Shown in pieces: positions 8,015-15,864 of a DNA stretch of 18,976 nt (its first letter is position 1; each line of letters starts with the position of its first letter). A model generated the notes under the pieces. The model was not told where the DNA came from, made no database searches, and worked only from the letters and a program-made list of their open reading frames with translations. The position numbers were made by a program, and so were the translations under genes. The stretch comes from an uncultured Fibrobacterales bacterium (GTDB lineage Bacteria > Fibrobacterota > Fibrobacteria > Fibrobacterales > CAWVXU01), in contig CAWVXU010000053.1 in NCBI GenBank assembly GCA_963934255.1, positions 1 to 18,976 of the forward strand, read 5' to 3'.

Positions 8015-9181
8015 ATGACAGACTCAGTAGAAAACCATGATTATGCGATGGACTTTGGTGATCAATTATTAAAAATTGGTAAGAAGCTTGTTCCCAACGC
8101 AGAGACTCGACACGATAAGCTTGCACAATTTGCTGCCCAGGCTAAATTTTTACCCAAACCATCGATTGATTCAGCAATTAATGTGAATCGAACGATTACG
8201 TTTGCGGATAAGTCCAATACACTTAGTTTTGGAAGCCCAATTATTTTAGCAGCAGGTGCCAATAAGTATGGTGAAAATATCCCTGATTTTAGTAATCTAG
8301 GATTTGGTGGAATTGCAGTCGGTACTGTTACCAGGCGTTCGAGAAAGGGTAATCCATATACGCCAAGAATTCGCATGCTAGAAGAAGATCGTGGAATCCA
8401 AAATTCCATGGGACTTAATAATCCGGGTGTGGAGCACATATGTGAAGTTGTCGATCGCGATCTAATTAAGGCACACAAAAAAAGTCTTAGTATAGGTATT
8501 TCTATTGGGGAAACGCCTGGTCTTGATGATCCAACTGATAAGCTAGAGGATATTCTTCAAAGCTTTCGTCGTGCTTATAATGCTGCAGATTATGTTGAAA
8601 TAAACGTGAGTTGTCCAAACACCGGTCATGACCGCATTGATGGACAGATGGCTTACTTGGAAACTATGCTTAATCAAGTCATGACTATCCGCAAAAGTTT
8701 ACCTGTCAGGAAGGCAGTCTACGCGAAGTTAAGTCCGGATATGGGCGCCAAACATCTCGAAGAAGTTTTAGAGCTTACTCGTGACAGTGGTGTTAATGGT
8801 TTAGTTTTATTTAATACCTTCCCTGGAAACAAGGCAAAGTACCTTAATCTTTTAAATGGTCCTGACTCACTCAAGTCAGTTACAGGAGAAGGTGCGCTTG
8901 GTGGCTTATCAGGCCGTCCATTATATGTCAATACCTATAGAGCTTTAGATTATATTAAAAATAAATACCCTGAATTTTCAATACTTCCTTCAGGTGGAAT
9001 TGACCATGGATATAAAGTTTGGGATATGTTAAATATAGGAGCCGATGCGGTGCAATCCTATTCGGTACTTGGATATAGATGGTTCGGGATTCGTAAAATG
9101 ATTGCAGAGCTTCAACAAAAAATGCTTTTGTCAGGACAACCAGATTTAGATGAATACCTCAATTCGAAGTTTTATAAGTAG
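8015..9181 (+). CDS. pyrD: Dihydroorotate dehydrogenase
   Basis: LAAGANK, VGTVT, GNPYTPR, NSMGLNNPG, EINVSCPNT, KLSPD, NT, GGLSGRP, SGGI and GADAVQ motifs; adjacent to the pyrE operon. Confidence 0.9.
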   Translation: MTDSVENHDYAMDFGDQLLKIGKKLVPNAETRHDKLAQFAAQAKFLPKPSIDSAINVNRTITFADKSNTLSFGSPIILAAGANKYGENIPDFSNLGFGGIAVGTVTRRSRKGNPYTPRIRMLEEDRGIQNSMGLNNPGVEHICEVVDRDLIKAHKKSLSIGISIGETPGLDDPTDKLEDILQSFRRAYNAADYVEINVSCPNTGHDRIDGQMAYLETMLNQVMTIRKSLPVRKAVYAKLSPDMGAKHLEEVLELTRDSGVNGLVLFNTFPGNKAKYLNLLNGPDSLKSVTGEGALGGLSGRPLYVNTYRALDYIKNKYPEFSILPSGGIDHGYKVWDMLNIGADAVQSYSVLGYRWFGIRKMIAELQQKMLLSGQPDLDEYLNSKFYK

Positions 9182-9199
9182 TTTGAATTCTTAATTTCT

Positions 9200-9796
9200 A
9201 TGGATAAAAGCATTATTACCGCATTGGGTTCTCTTCTATGTTGTGTTGTTTTAATTAACTCAACTTGCTTCGCAGGGATTGAAAGTTTTGACCCCAACTC
9301 AAAATGGGAGTTAGAGTCTCAATACTACGGAAAAGCAAATTCTGAAGAAAATATATCTAAGCTTCGTTGGAACGTAACTAGTCAATTAAGTTTTATTCAA
9401 AACTCATTAGAACCCTTATTACAAGCAGGAGTGACTAAGGGTTTAGATATGACTATGACTATGGGTTTATATTATCGATTTTGGATGAGTAATATCACAC
9501 AAAATGTCACATTTGTCGAACTTGGATTTGGTCAGCCTTTAAATGTCTATGGTCTCGGCGGGTTGAGGCTGCTTATGTTTCATGAAAATTTGGAGAATGG
9601 TAACCAAGACGATAAATTTGATCCAGCAATTTCTTTTGCTTACATTAAGGAAATAAAATTATGGCGGGACTTGGAAATACATCCAAGGTTTGAATTAGAG
9701 GCTGGATACAGAAACCAACCCTTTTTAAGAAAAGGATTGTTTGTCTATAAGGTTTCATACACTTGGGCATCAGCCTCTCTTGGTATCAGCTTTTAA
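9200..9796 (+). CDS. Hypothetical exported protein, probable small outer-membrane beta-barrel
   Basis: Signal peptide ending CFA|G; alternating strands; C-terminal ASASLGISF resembles a beta-signal. Confidence 0.55.
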   Translation: MDKSIITALGSLLCCVVLINSTCFAGIESFDPNSKWELESQYYGKANSEENISKLRWNVTSQLSFIQNSLEPLLQAGVTKGLDMTMTMGLYYRFWMSNITQNVTFVELGFGQPLNVYGLGGLRLLMFHENLENGNQDDKFDPAISFAYIKEIKLWRDLEIHPRFELEAGYRNQPFLRKGLFVYKVSYTWASASLGISF

Positions 9797-9828
9797 ATAA
9801 AAATCTTTCGTTAAGCCTCACTAAAGTT

Positions 9829-10503
9829 TTAAGCCAATGCGTGAATCCATTCAGTTTCGATTTCTATTTCAAGCAAGTTTTTTACTTTTTGAACTAAACT
9901 TGTATCATTTTTAGAGTCATCATGGTCAATGAAATGAGAGATGGAGCTGATAAATTCTGCATGATTCCTACCTTGCCGATAATCAGGTTCTCGGGTTGGG
10001 TGAGATAAATATTTTGAGATGGCTTCACTTTCGTCCCCGACGAGAACGGACGCATAAAATAGAGCGAAGTCTTTGGGCAGGTATAGGCTGCAACCAAGAA
10101 TCTTTTTATCACCAATTGCTAAATCCGAAATCCCGCGCATATGTGATTCAATTTGATATTCTTTCCATAAGACATTTTGTAATACTGATGTTCCCATTTC
10201 AAAATAATCCTGAATTGACAAATCCTTTTTTCGTTTGAATTTTATTGCATAACAAAGCCCTTTTGAACTTAATAATACACATCCACCTCCACCTCTGCGC
10301 TTGTATACAGGGATGTTATCGGCTAGTATATTGGAAATATTTAATTCAAGCTCTGGCTTTTGTGAACTTCCCAGAACAGTGCCTTGAGTTTCTGGAATCC
10401 AGACTTTTGAACTTTTATCAGAATGAATTAAGGACTCACCCATAGGGTCCTGATCATCAATCAAATCAAGGTGCTTTAAAATTCTGATCTCATTATTATT
10501 CAT
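9829..10503 (-). CDS. Lipoate-protein ligase A family protein (BPL/LplA/LipB catalytic domain only)
   Basis: VLGSS, KRRGGGGCV, GISDL, KKILGCS and HPTREPDYRQGRNH.EF motifs; too short to include an LplA C-terminal domain. Confidence 0.85.
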   Translation of the reverse strand: MNNNEIRILKHLDLIDDQDPMGESLIHSDKSSKVWIPETQGTVLGSSQKPELELNISNILADNIPVYKRRGGGGCVLLSSKGLCYAIKFKRKKDLSIQDYFEMGTSVLQNVLWKEYQIESHMRGISDLAIGDKKILGCSLYLPKDFALFYASVLVGDESEAISKYLSHPTREPDYRQGRNHAEFISSISHFIDHDDSKNDTSLVQKVKNLLEIEIETEWIHALA

Positions 10504-10521
10504 ATAAATAAATTAGAAATT
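10501..10521 (-). promoter_or_regulatory. Putative -10 (TAATTT, 10515-10510) 6 nt before the lplA-like ATG; possible leaderless promoter
   Basis: Minus strand reads AATTTC-TAATTT-ATTTAT-ATG; no SD. Confidence 0.4.
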
Positions 10522-10567
10522 AATTGATTCCTATTTATCAATAACTTTTAATATCTAGAATTGCGCT

Positions 10568-10935
10568 AATAAAGGCACGGTTATTTCTGTAAATTCACAG
10601 TTCCATTTTTTGCTCATTATGGTTGGGTTGTCTTAATATATTTTTTGGTGGATTAATTTCCATGGGCCTCATGTCATTTGCGATACTCTTTCGTTGTTTT
10701 ATGGATGCTAATTTTGACGGTGTATTTTGTATTAAATTGGAAAAACGTCTTTGCCATAAAACAGATGGAATTACTGATTGCCTGGCTGCTTTTAAACCAG
10801 AACTGCCATCTGAAATAATCAACTCAACTCGCTTTAAGCCAAGCTCACAAAGTGATTCTAAATATATGCCCAATGTATCTCAGCTTCACTTATATTGCCT
10901 GAGGCACCGAGTATTTCTCTCTTGCCCCCTACACT
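10568..10935 (-). mobile_element. Degraded IS256-family remnant: frameshifted, internally deleted transposase fragment plus probable right end
   Basis: Minus strand encodes GKREILGASGNISEAEIHW, then after a frameshift near 10869 IYLESLCELGLKRVELIISDGSSGLKAARQSVIPSVLWQRR. This is the IS256 core (REILG..SEAE.HW..L.SL..GL..V.LIISD...GL..A...P...WQRC). Positions 10568-10594 resemble an IS256 terminal repeat. Confidence 0.85.
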
Positions 10936-10974
10936 TAATCAAACATAAGTTGAATCAATGTCTTTGAGTTTTCA

Positions 10975-10996
10975 AATTTCTAAGATAAATTATAAT
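10975..10996 (+). promoter_or_regulatory. Candidate promoter for spoVG-comM
   Basis: AATTTCTAAGAT (10975-10986) is identical to the 12-mer before der (13863-13874); a perfect TATAAT lies at 10991-10996. Confidence 0.4.
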
Positions 10997-11078
10997 TATT
11001 AATACTTTAAGTCAAAATAAGTGTTTCAAAAATGGATAGTCATTCGTCCAAATATCGGTTACAAATGAAAGGACCGAT

Positions 11079-11369
11079 ATGAACGACAATCAATTACTCA
11101 TTACTCAAGTACAAGTTTTCCCCATTAAAGAGCCTCAAGGTAAGCTCAAAGCATTTGCGAGAATTTCACTCAATGACGCCTTACAATTAACTGGTTTGCG
11201 TATTTACGAAGGCACTCATGGCTTGTTTGTTTCATACCCCAACGACGCATCCTATAAAGGCGAGGATTACAAACAGGTCTATTACCCTGTGACTAGTGAA
11301 CTCCGTAAACATATTGAGGAGACTGTATTGACAGAATACGAAAACGAATCGGTTCAAACAATTAAATGA
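11079..11369 (+). CDS. spoVG: SpoVG-family nucleic-acid-binding protein
   Basis: ITQVQVFP, KLKAFARISLND, GLRIYEGTHGLFVSYP, YKQVYYPVTSELR.IEETVL.EY; SD AAAGGA. Confidence 0.93.
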   Translation: MNDNQLLITQVQVFPIKEPQGKLKAFARISLNDALQLTGLRIYEGTHGLFVSYPNDASYKGEDYKQVYYPVTSELRKHIEETVLTEYENESVQTIK

Positions 11370-12991
11370 TCCATCGAGTATGGACCCTTACTAGACAAGA
11401 CTTCAATGCCATCCCCGTGTGCATTGAAGTCCAATGTCGACAGGGTATCCCTAGCTGGGATATGGTGGGGCTTGCTGGTAGAGCAATCAAAGAATCTCGT
11501 GAACGGGTGATTTCGGCATTAATTGAAAACAATAGAGATGTCAGGCCCTATAAATGGACTTTCAACTTTAGCCCAGCCAATATTTCCAAAGATGGCAGCT
11601 CGTATGACCTTGCTATTGCAATCTCAATGCTGCTTGGCATAGGTGAGTTTCCCGAAGATATTCAACTAGATAATTGTATCATTTTAGGGGAGCTATCATT
11701 AGAAGGGAGAGTTCAGAGTATATCAAATCTGATGTGTTTTAGCCAATTTTTGATGAATTCCAATTTTGATACTATTATACTTCCTAAAAAACAATTATCG
11801 CAATCGGTTCAATTTCCAGGCATACGATATATTGGTATTGATAACGTAAATGAGCTCTGTGACCCCCAATTCATTCAAAAGAATTTTACCAAAAACAAAT
11901 CTAATAGTTTAAATAAACACTGTATAAATTCTAATGATACTCAAAATTTAGATTCTAATTTAGCCTTAACATCCAAACTAAGTTCCAATCCATACTCAAA
12001 TGTAAAATGCGATCAAAATTCAGAATCAAATACAAATGTTAAACTTACATCAGATAATTCTTGGATCCATCCAATAATTAAACACACTGATTGGTGTCAT
12101 TATAGTTCTGATCCTAAGCTAAGCTTTTTGCTTAAACTGATGGTTGTCACTAATAGGTCTCTATTTTTATTGGGTCCACCGGGTTGTGGTAAAACTCACT
12201 TCGCTAAATTAGTCCATATATTAAAAAGTCCTTTAAACTTTGAAAAATGGCTTGAATGCCAAGTTATTCATGAAATGATGAGTTCTAAAATTCTAAAAAG
12301 AGATGAAGTGCCACTTCAAATGCCACATCCCACTATAAGTGAACTGGGGTTTTTGGGTGGAGGTCGTCCATTTCACCCAGGAGTAATAAGTTTAGCTCAC
12401 AACGGAGTTTTGATTCTGGATGAAGCGTTAGAATTCCCCTCTCGTTTTTTTGAGAAGATTAGAAGTTCAATGGAAACTAAATTTATTGAATACAATAGGG
12501 TTGGGGTGAATTTGAAAATACCAGCGAGTGCCCAATTTGTTTTCACCGCTAATCCTTGTCCTTGTGGGCAATATCTCTACTCAGATTGTTTTTGTACAGC
12601 GACTCAAATAAAAAAGTATCAAACGAAAATTTCTCGCGCGTTATTAGAGCGAATTGATTTGCATTTCCAATTTCCGCTTATGCCGCCTCAGAATTATGAA
12701 AGAATAGACCCAGATCTAAACAAATTAGAGTTTAAGTCTTTTCTGAATGAAATCAATGAAATTAAAACCTTATTAGAGCAATCAAAGGTAAATTCAATGC
12801 CCTTTACAAGGAAAGCCGAGGAAATTCAAATCTTTAATAAAATACTAAGCGAAAAGTCATATCGCGAAAAAGATAAAATCAAAGATTTAGCACAATTAAT
12901 TGCAATTATTCATCAAAAAGTAGAAGTTGAGGCTGCAGATATTGGCTTGGCAATGCAATTTCGTAAAAATTATCTTGACACCCTGACATAA
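11366..12991 (+). CDS. comM: YifB/ComM-family Mg-chelatase-like AAA+ ATPase (divergent)
   Basis: VGL..AIKESRERV, NFSPA..KDGSSYDL.IA, GELSLEG, Walker A GPPGCGKT, GGG..PG.ISLAHNGVLILDE (Walker B), NPCPCG...CFC zinc site and LLERID arginine finger. Confidence 0.88.
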   Translation: MIHRVWTLTRQDFNAIPVCIEVQCRQGIPSWDMVGLAGRAIKESRERVISALIENNRDVRPYKWTFNFSPANISKDGSSYDLAIAISMLLGIGEFPEDIQLDNCIILGELSLEGRVQSISNLMCFSQFLMNSNFDTIILPKKQLSQSVQFPGIRYIGIDNVNELCDPQFIQKNFTKNKSNSLNKHCINSNDTQNLDSNLALTSKLSSNPYSNVKCDQNSESNTNVKLTSDNSWIHPIIKHTDWCHYSSDPKLSFLLKLMVVTNRSLFLLGPPGCGKTHFAKLVHILKSPLNFEKWLECQVIHEMMSSKILKRDEVPLQMPHPTISELGFLGGGRPFHPGVISLAHNGVLILDEALEFPSRFFEKIRSSMETKFIEYNRVGVNLKIPASAQFVFTANPCPCGQYLYSDCFCTATQIKKYQTKISRALLERIDLHFQFPLMPPQNYERIDPDLNKLEFKSFLNEINEIKTLLEQSKVNSMPFTRKAEEIQIFNKILSEKSYREKDKIKDLAQLIAIIHQKVEVEAADIGLAMQFRKNYLDTLT

Positions 12992-13004
12992 AATGCGATA
13001 CAAT
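12975..13004 (+). promoter_or_regulatory. Near-consensus sigma70 promoter for the receiver-Hpt pair
   Basis: TTGACA (12975-12980), 18-bp spacer, TACAAT (12999-13004); overlaps the comM stop. Confidence 0.7.
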
Positions 13005-13033
13005 AAAATGGGTTGAATATTAGATGGTGTCTG

Positions 13034-13467
13034 TTGAAAAAAGTATTAATTGTCGATGATGTTTTAATCATTCATAATATAGTTGTTAATCTTGTTAAGG
13101 ACAGTGATGAATTATCTGATTTTGAAGTGTTCACCGCATCTCATCGCCTTGATGCTTATGATATCATAAAAAACAGAAGATTCATGTGATGATTTTAGAC
13201 GAGATGTTAGAAGAAGAGTCAGGACTTGATTTGGTGAAAAAACTCGAGTTTGAATTTGACACTACTCATATCACGATGCTTTCGTCAATAGCTGAAAGAC
13301 TTAGAGTGAGTGGAGTAGCTCAAACAGGGATTGCTGATTACATCGTCAAACCATTAGTAAAACAAATCTTTATACCAAGATTTTTCAAGGTGGCCAGTAT
13401 GGTTAATGCTAAATGTACTATTGAAACCAAAAACCCCTCACCTATACAGTTTAAATACATATCTTAA
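13034..13467 (+). pseudogene. Single-domain CheY-like response regulator split by a -1 frameshift (pseudogene, recoded gene or sequencing indel)
   Basis: TTG 13034 opens MKKVLIVDDVLIIHNIV...FEVFTASHRLDAYDIIK to a stop at 13187-13189. The -1 frame from the A6 run (13168-13173) continues QKIHVMILDEML...SGLDLV...ITMLSS...DYIVKP. Confidence 0.85.
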
Positions 13468-13489
13468 AAGAAATGAAAAGGAAATTTTA

Positions 13490-13822
13490 ATGTCAAAACT
13501 TGTTGATAATGAGCGTGCTATAGTTGAACTAGGGCTCGATTTAGGGGAGTTTATTGAGTTTATAGGTGATTTAAAAGAGTTTTTTGACGAGTGTGTGCCT
13601 GAGCTCGGCGCATATGTTGAGGCAAAAGACTTTGATGGAATCAAAGATCGAGCGCATGCAATCAATGGCGCAGCAGCAAATCTTAGATTCGTCGGTGTCG
13701 CAGATATTGCTTTTCTTCTTGAAAAAGCAGGCAAAGAGTCCAACCCCGATGGAATTGAGGAGAAATTCAAAGAATTAGCCGAATGTGTTACTTTGAGTTT
13801 TGAAGAAGTCAAAGACCTTTAA
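13490..13822 (+). CDS. Stand-alone Hpt (histidine phosphotransfer) domain protein
   Basis: Acidic helical protein with AHAINGAAANL (AHxxKGAAAN-like H-box) and IAFLLEKAG. ATG 13490 follows AAGGA and is preferred over the track start at 13406. Confidence 0.85.
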   Translation: MSKLVDNERAIVELGLDLGEFIEFIGDLKEFFDECVPELGAYVEAKDFDGIKDRAHAINGAAANLRFVGVADIAFLLEKAGKESNPDGIEEKFKELAECVTLSFEEVKDL

Positions 13823-13845
13823 GTCATTGATTTACAAGCTATTTA

Positions 13846-13883
13846 GTGACAATTTAGCTTAGAATTTCTAAGATTACCCTATG
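13846..13883 (+). promoter_or_regulatory. sigma70-type promoter of the der operon, predicted leaderless
   Basis: GTGACA (13846-13851), 17 bp, TAAGAT (13869-13874), 6 nt, ATG 13881; no SD. Confidence 0.6.
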
Positions 13884-15239
13884 AAAAAACTACCCTCAGT
13901 CGTCATTATCGGGCGCCCCAACGTTGGGAAATCAAGCCTTTTTAATCGCATTTTAAAACGTCGTGCAGCAGTTGTAGCTGACCGTGATGGTGTTACTCGC
14001 GATCGTCATTTCCAGAATACTTTTTGGAATGGTTATAATTTTACCCTCGTTGATACCGGCGGTTATATTATGGATGAACTTATTGATGAACTTGCAGAGG
14101 CAGTAAGAGATCAAATTTTAACTGCCATCCAAGAAGCTGACAAAGTAGTCTTTATGGTAGATGCTCAAGTGGGTTTGACTGAGATGGATGAGCAATTTTC
14201 CAAACTTGTCAAGAGAGCTCGAGAAAAGTTTATTCTGGTTGCTAACAAATCTGAAAAACAATCTGACCGCTATCAAAATTACGAATTTTATAAATTAGGT
14301 ATGGGTGATCCCTTCAATGTTTCTGCTACAACGGGCTATGGAATGGGTGACTTCATGGATAAACTTGTTGAAGGCTTTGTTGAAGAAGACGAGCTTGAAG
14401 AAGACGAAATGATTCGTATGGCAATTTTAGGTCGACCTAATGCCGGTAAATCAACATTACTTAATACAATTTTAGGTGAATATCGGTCTATTACATCCGA
14501 TGTCGCAGGCACTACACGTGACTCCATTGAAGCCACATTCAACTGGAACAAGCGTCAATTTAAAATCACTGATACGGCTGGTCTTCGTAAAAAGGCCCGC
14601 GTCAATGACGAAGTTGAATATTTCTCTAATATGCGTTCACTTGAGTCAATCAGAAGATCTGATGTTTGCATACTCATGCTCGATGGTAATGAAGATATTG
14701 GTGTTCAAGATTTACGAATTTTAAACCAGATTCAAGAAAATGATAAAGGCCTACTTGTTGTTGTCAACAAATGGGATGCTGTTGAGAAGGAAGATAAAAC
14801 TTTCGATGAACGCGTTCGAGAAATCAAAGATCGTAGTCCTGAGCTGCAATTTGTTCCAATAATCTCCATCTCAGCTTTAACAGGTTTGCGTTCAAACCGA
14901 GTCATTGAAGAAGTTGTCAAAATTTATGACAATTGTTTCAGGGTGCTTGGTCGTGACCGTGTAGTTGAAGTCTTTAATGAAGCTGTTGGCGCTAACCCGC
15001 ATCCAACAAGGCATTCTCAATTCATTAAAATGAATCGTGCTTGTCAGATTATGGTGAACCCACCGGTGGTGACTATCGAGTGTTCTCACCCAGAGCTTGT
15101 TGATGAATCTTGGAAGCGTTACTTTAGGCGTAAACTATTTAAAGCCTTCGAATTAGAGGGCGCTCCCCTAAAATTAAACTTTGACCTAGAGTTAAGACTT
15201 CGAAAGGATGAGGAACTTGAGCAGCAGTCTATTATTTAA
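13881..15239 (+). CDS. der: Ribosome biogenesis GTPase Der (EngA)
   Basis: Two G domains (GRPNVGKS/GVTRD/DTGG/NKSE and GRPNAGKS/GTTRD/DTAG/NKWD), acidic linker and C-terminal KH-like domain. Confidence 0.98.
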   Translation: MKKLPSVVIIGRPNVGKSSLFNRILKRRAAVVADRDGVTRDRHFQNTFWNGYNFTLVDTGGYIMDELIDELAEAVRDQILTAIQEADKVVFMVDAQVGLTEMDEQFSKLVKRAREKFILVANKSEKQSDRYQNYEFYKLGMGDPFNVSATTGYGMGDFMDKLVEGFVEEDELEEDEMIRMAILGRPNAGKSTLLNTILGEYRSITSDVAGTTRDSIEATFNWNKRQFKITDTAGLRKKARVNDEVEYFSNMRSLESIRRSDVCILMLDGNEDIGVQDLRILNQIQENDKGLLVVVNKWDAVEKEDKTFDERVREIKDRSPELQFVPIISISALTGLRSNRVIEEVVKIYDNCFRVLGRDRVVEVFNEAVGANPHPTRHSQFIKMNRACQIMVNPPVVTIECSHPELVDESWKRYFRRKLFKAFELEGAPLKLNFDLELRLRKDEELEQQSII

Positions 15240-15864
15240 CATACCTGTTAGTCTAGTGGTTGCCTATTTATTAGGCTCTATACCTTCTGCCGTGTGGTTT
15301 TCCAAACTATTTGCTGGTATCGATATTCGGGATGAAGGTTCCAAAAATGCAGGTCTCACCAATACATTTCGTGTCCTTGGGTGGAAGCCTGCGCTTCCAG
15401 TTGTGTTTCTTGATTTAGGAAAAGGCGTACTTGCGCCTTATATTGCCATTCAATTATCTGAAGGTAGTAGTGCTTCTTCATGGCTTCCAATGGCCGCTGG
15501 TTTTGTGGCCATTTTAGGTCATAGTTTTACATGTATGGCTGGTTTTCGAGGTGGCAAAGGTGTTCTTACAGCACTCGGCGTATTTTTATGTCTTGCATGG
15601 TTTGAGGCACTGATTGCTTTTGTTGTATGGCTTACTATCACATTAGTAACTCGCTATGTGTCTTTAGCTTCAATACTCGCATGTTTTGCATTGTCTATTT
15701 CACTTGGATTGAGTTATTTTCTCAACCAAAATATTTCAAATTTACTTCTTTTAATTACAGGAGTTTTGGTGACTTTTTTCGTTACCTTCAAACACAAAGC
15801 AAATATACAGCGCCTACTAAATGGTACTGAGAATCGTTTTGGCAGTAAAAAAAAGGAAGTATAA
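15208..15864 (+). CDS. plsY: Glycerol-3-phosphate 1-O-acyltransferase
   Basis: AYLLGSIP, DIRDEGSKNAGLTN, DLGKG, GH, FRGGKGV, RYVSLAS and HKANIQRL.GTE motifs. The true start may be TTG 15217. Confidence 0.96.
   Translation: MRNLSSSLLFNIPVSLVVAYLLGSIPSAVWFSKLFAGIDIRDEGSKNAGLTNTFRVLGWKPALPVVFLDLGKGVLAPYIAIQLSEGSSASSWLPMAAGFVAILGHSFTCMAGFRGGKGVLTALGVFLCLAWFEALIAFVVWLTITLVTRYVSLASILACFALSISLGLSYFLNQNISNLLLLITGVLVTFFVTFKHKANIQRLLNGTENRFGSKKKEV

Noticed and set aside
8062..8931. Antisense ORFs within pyrD (138 and 70 aa)
   Set aside because: Shadow ORFs opposite a conserved gene, with no recognisable motifs.
7359..9181. Idea that Nfu supplies an Fe-S cluster to DHODH
   Set aside because: The DHODH shows no Fe-S motif and pyrK is absent from the window; adjacency alone is insufficient.
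10623..10967. 114-aa plus-strand ORF
   Set aside because: Antisense shadow of the IS256 transposase fragment.
13438..13812. 124-aa minus-strand ORF and nested 64-aa plus-strand ORF
   Set aside because: Antisense and alternate-frame shadows of the Hpt gene.
14242..14256. Der G4 motif NKSE instead of NKxD
   Set aside because: NKxE is a familiar variant in the first G domain of Der.
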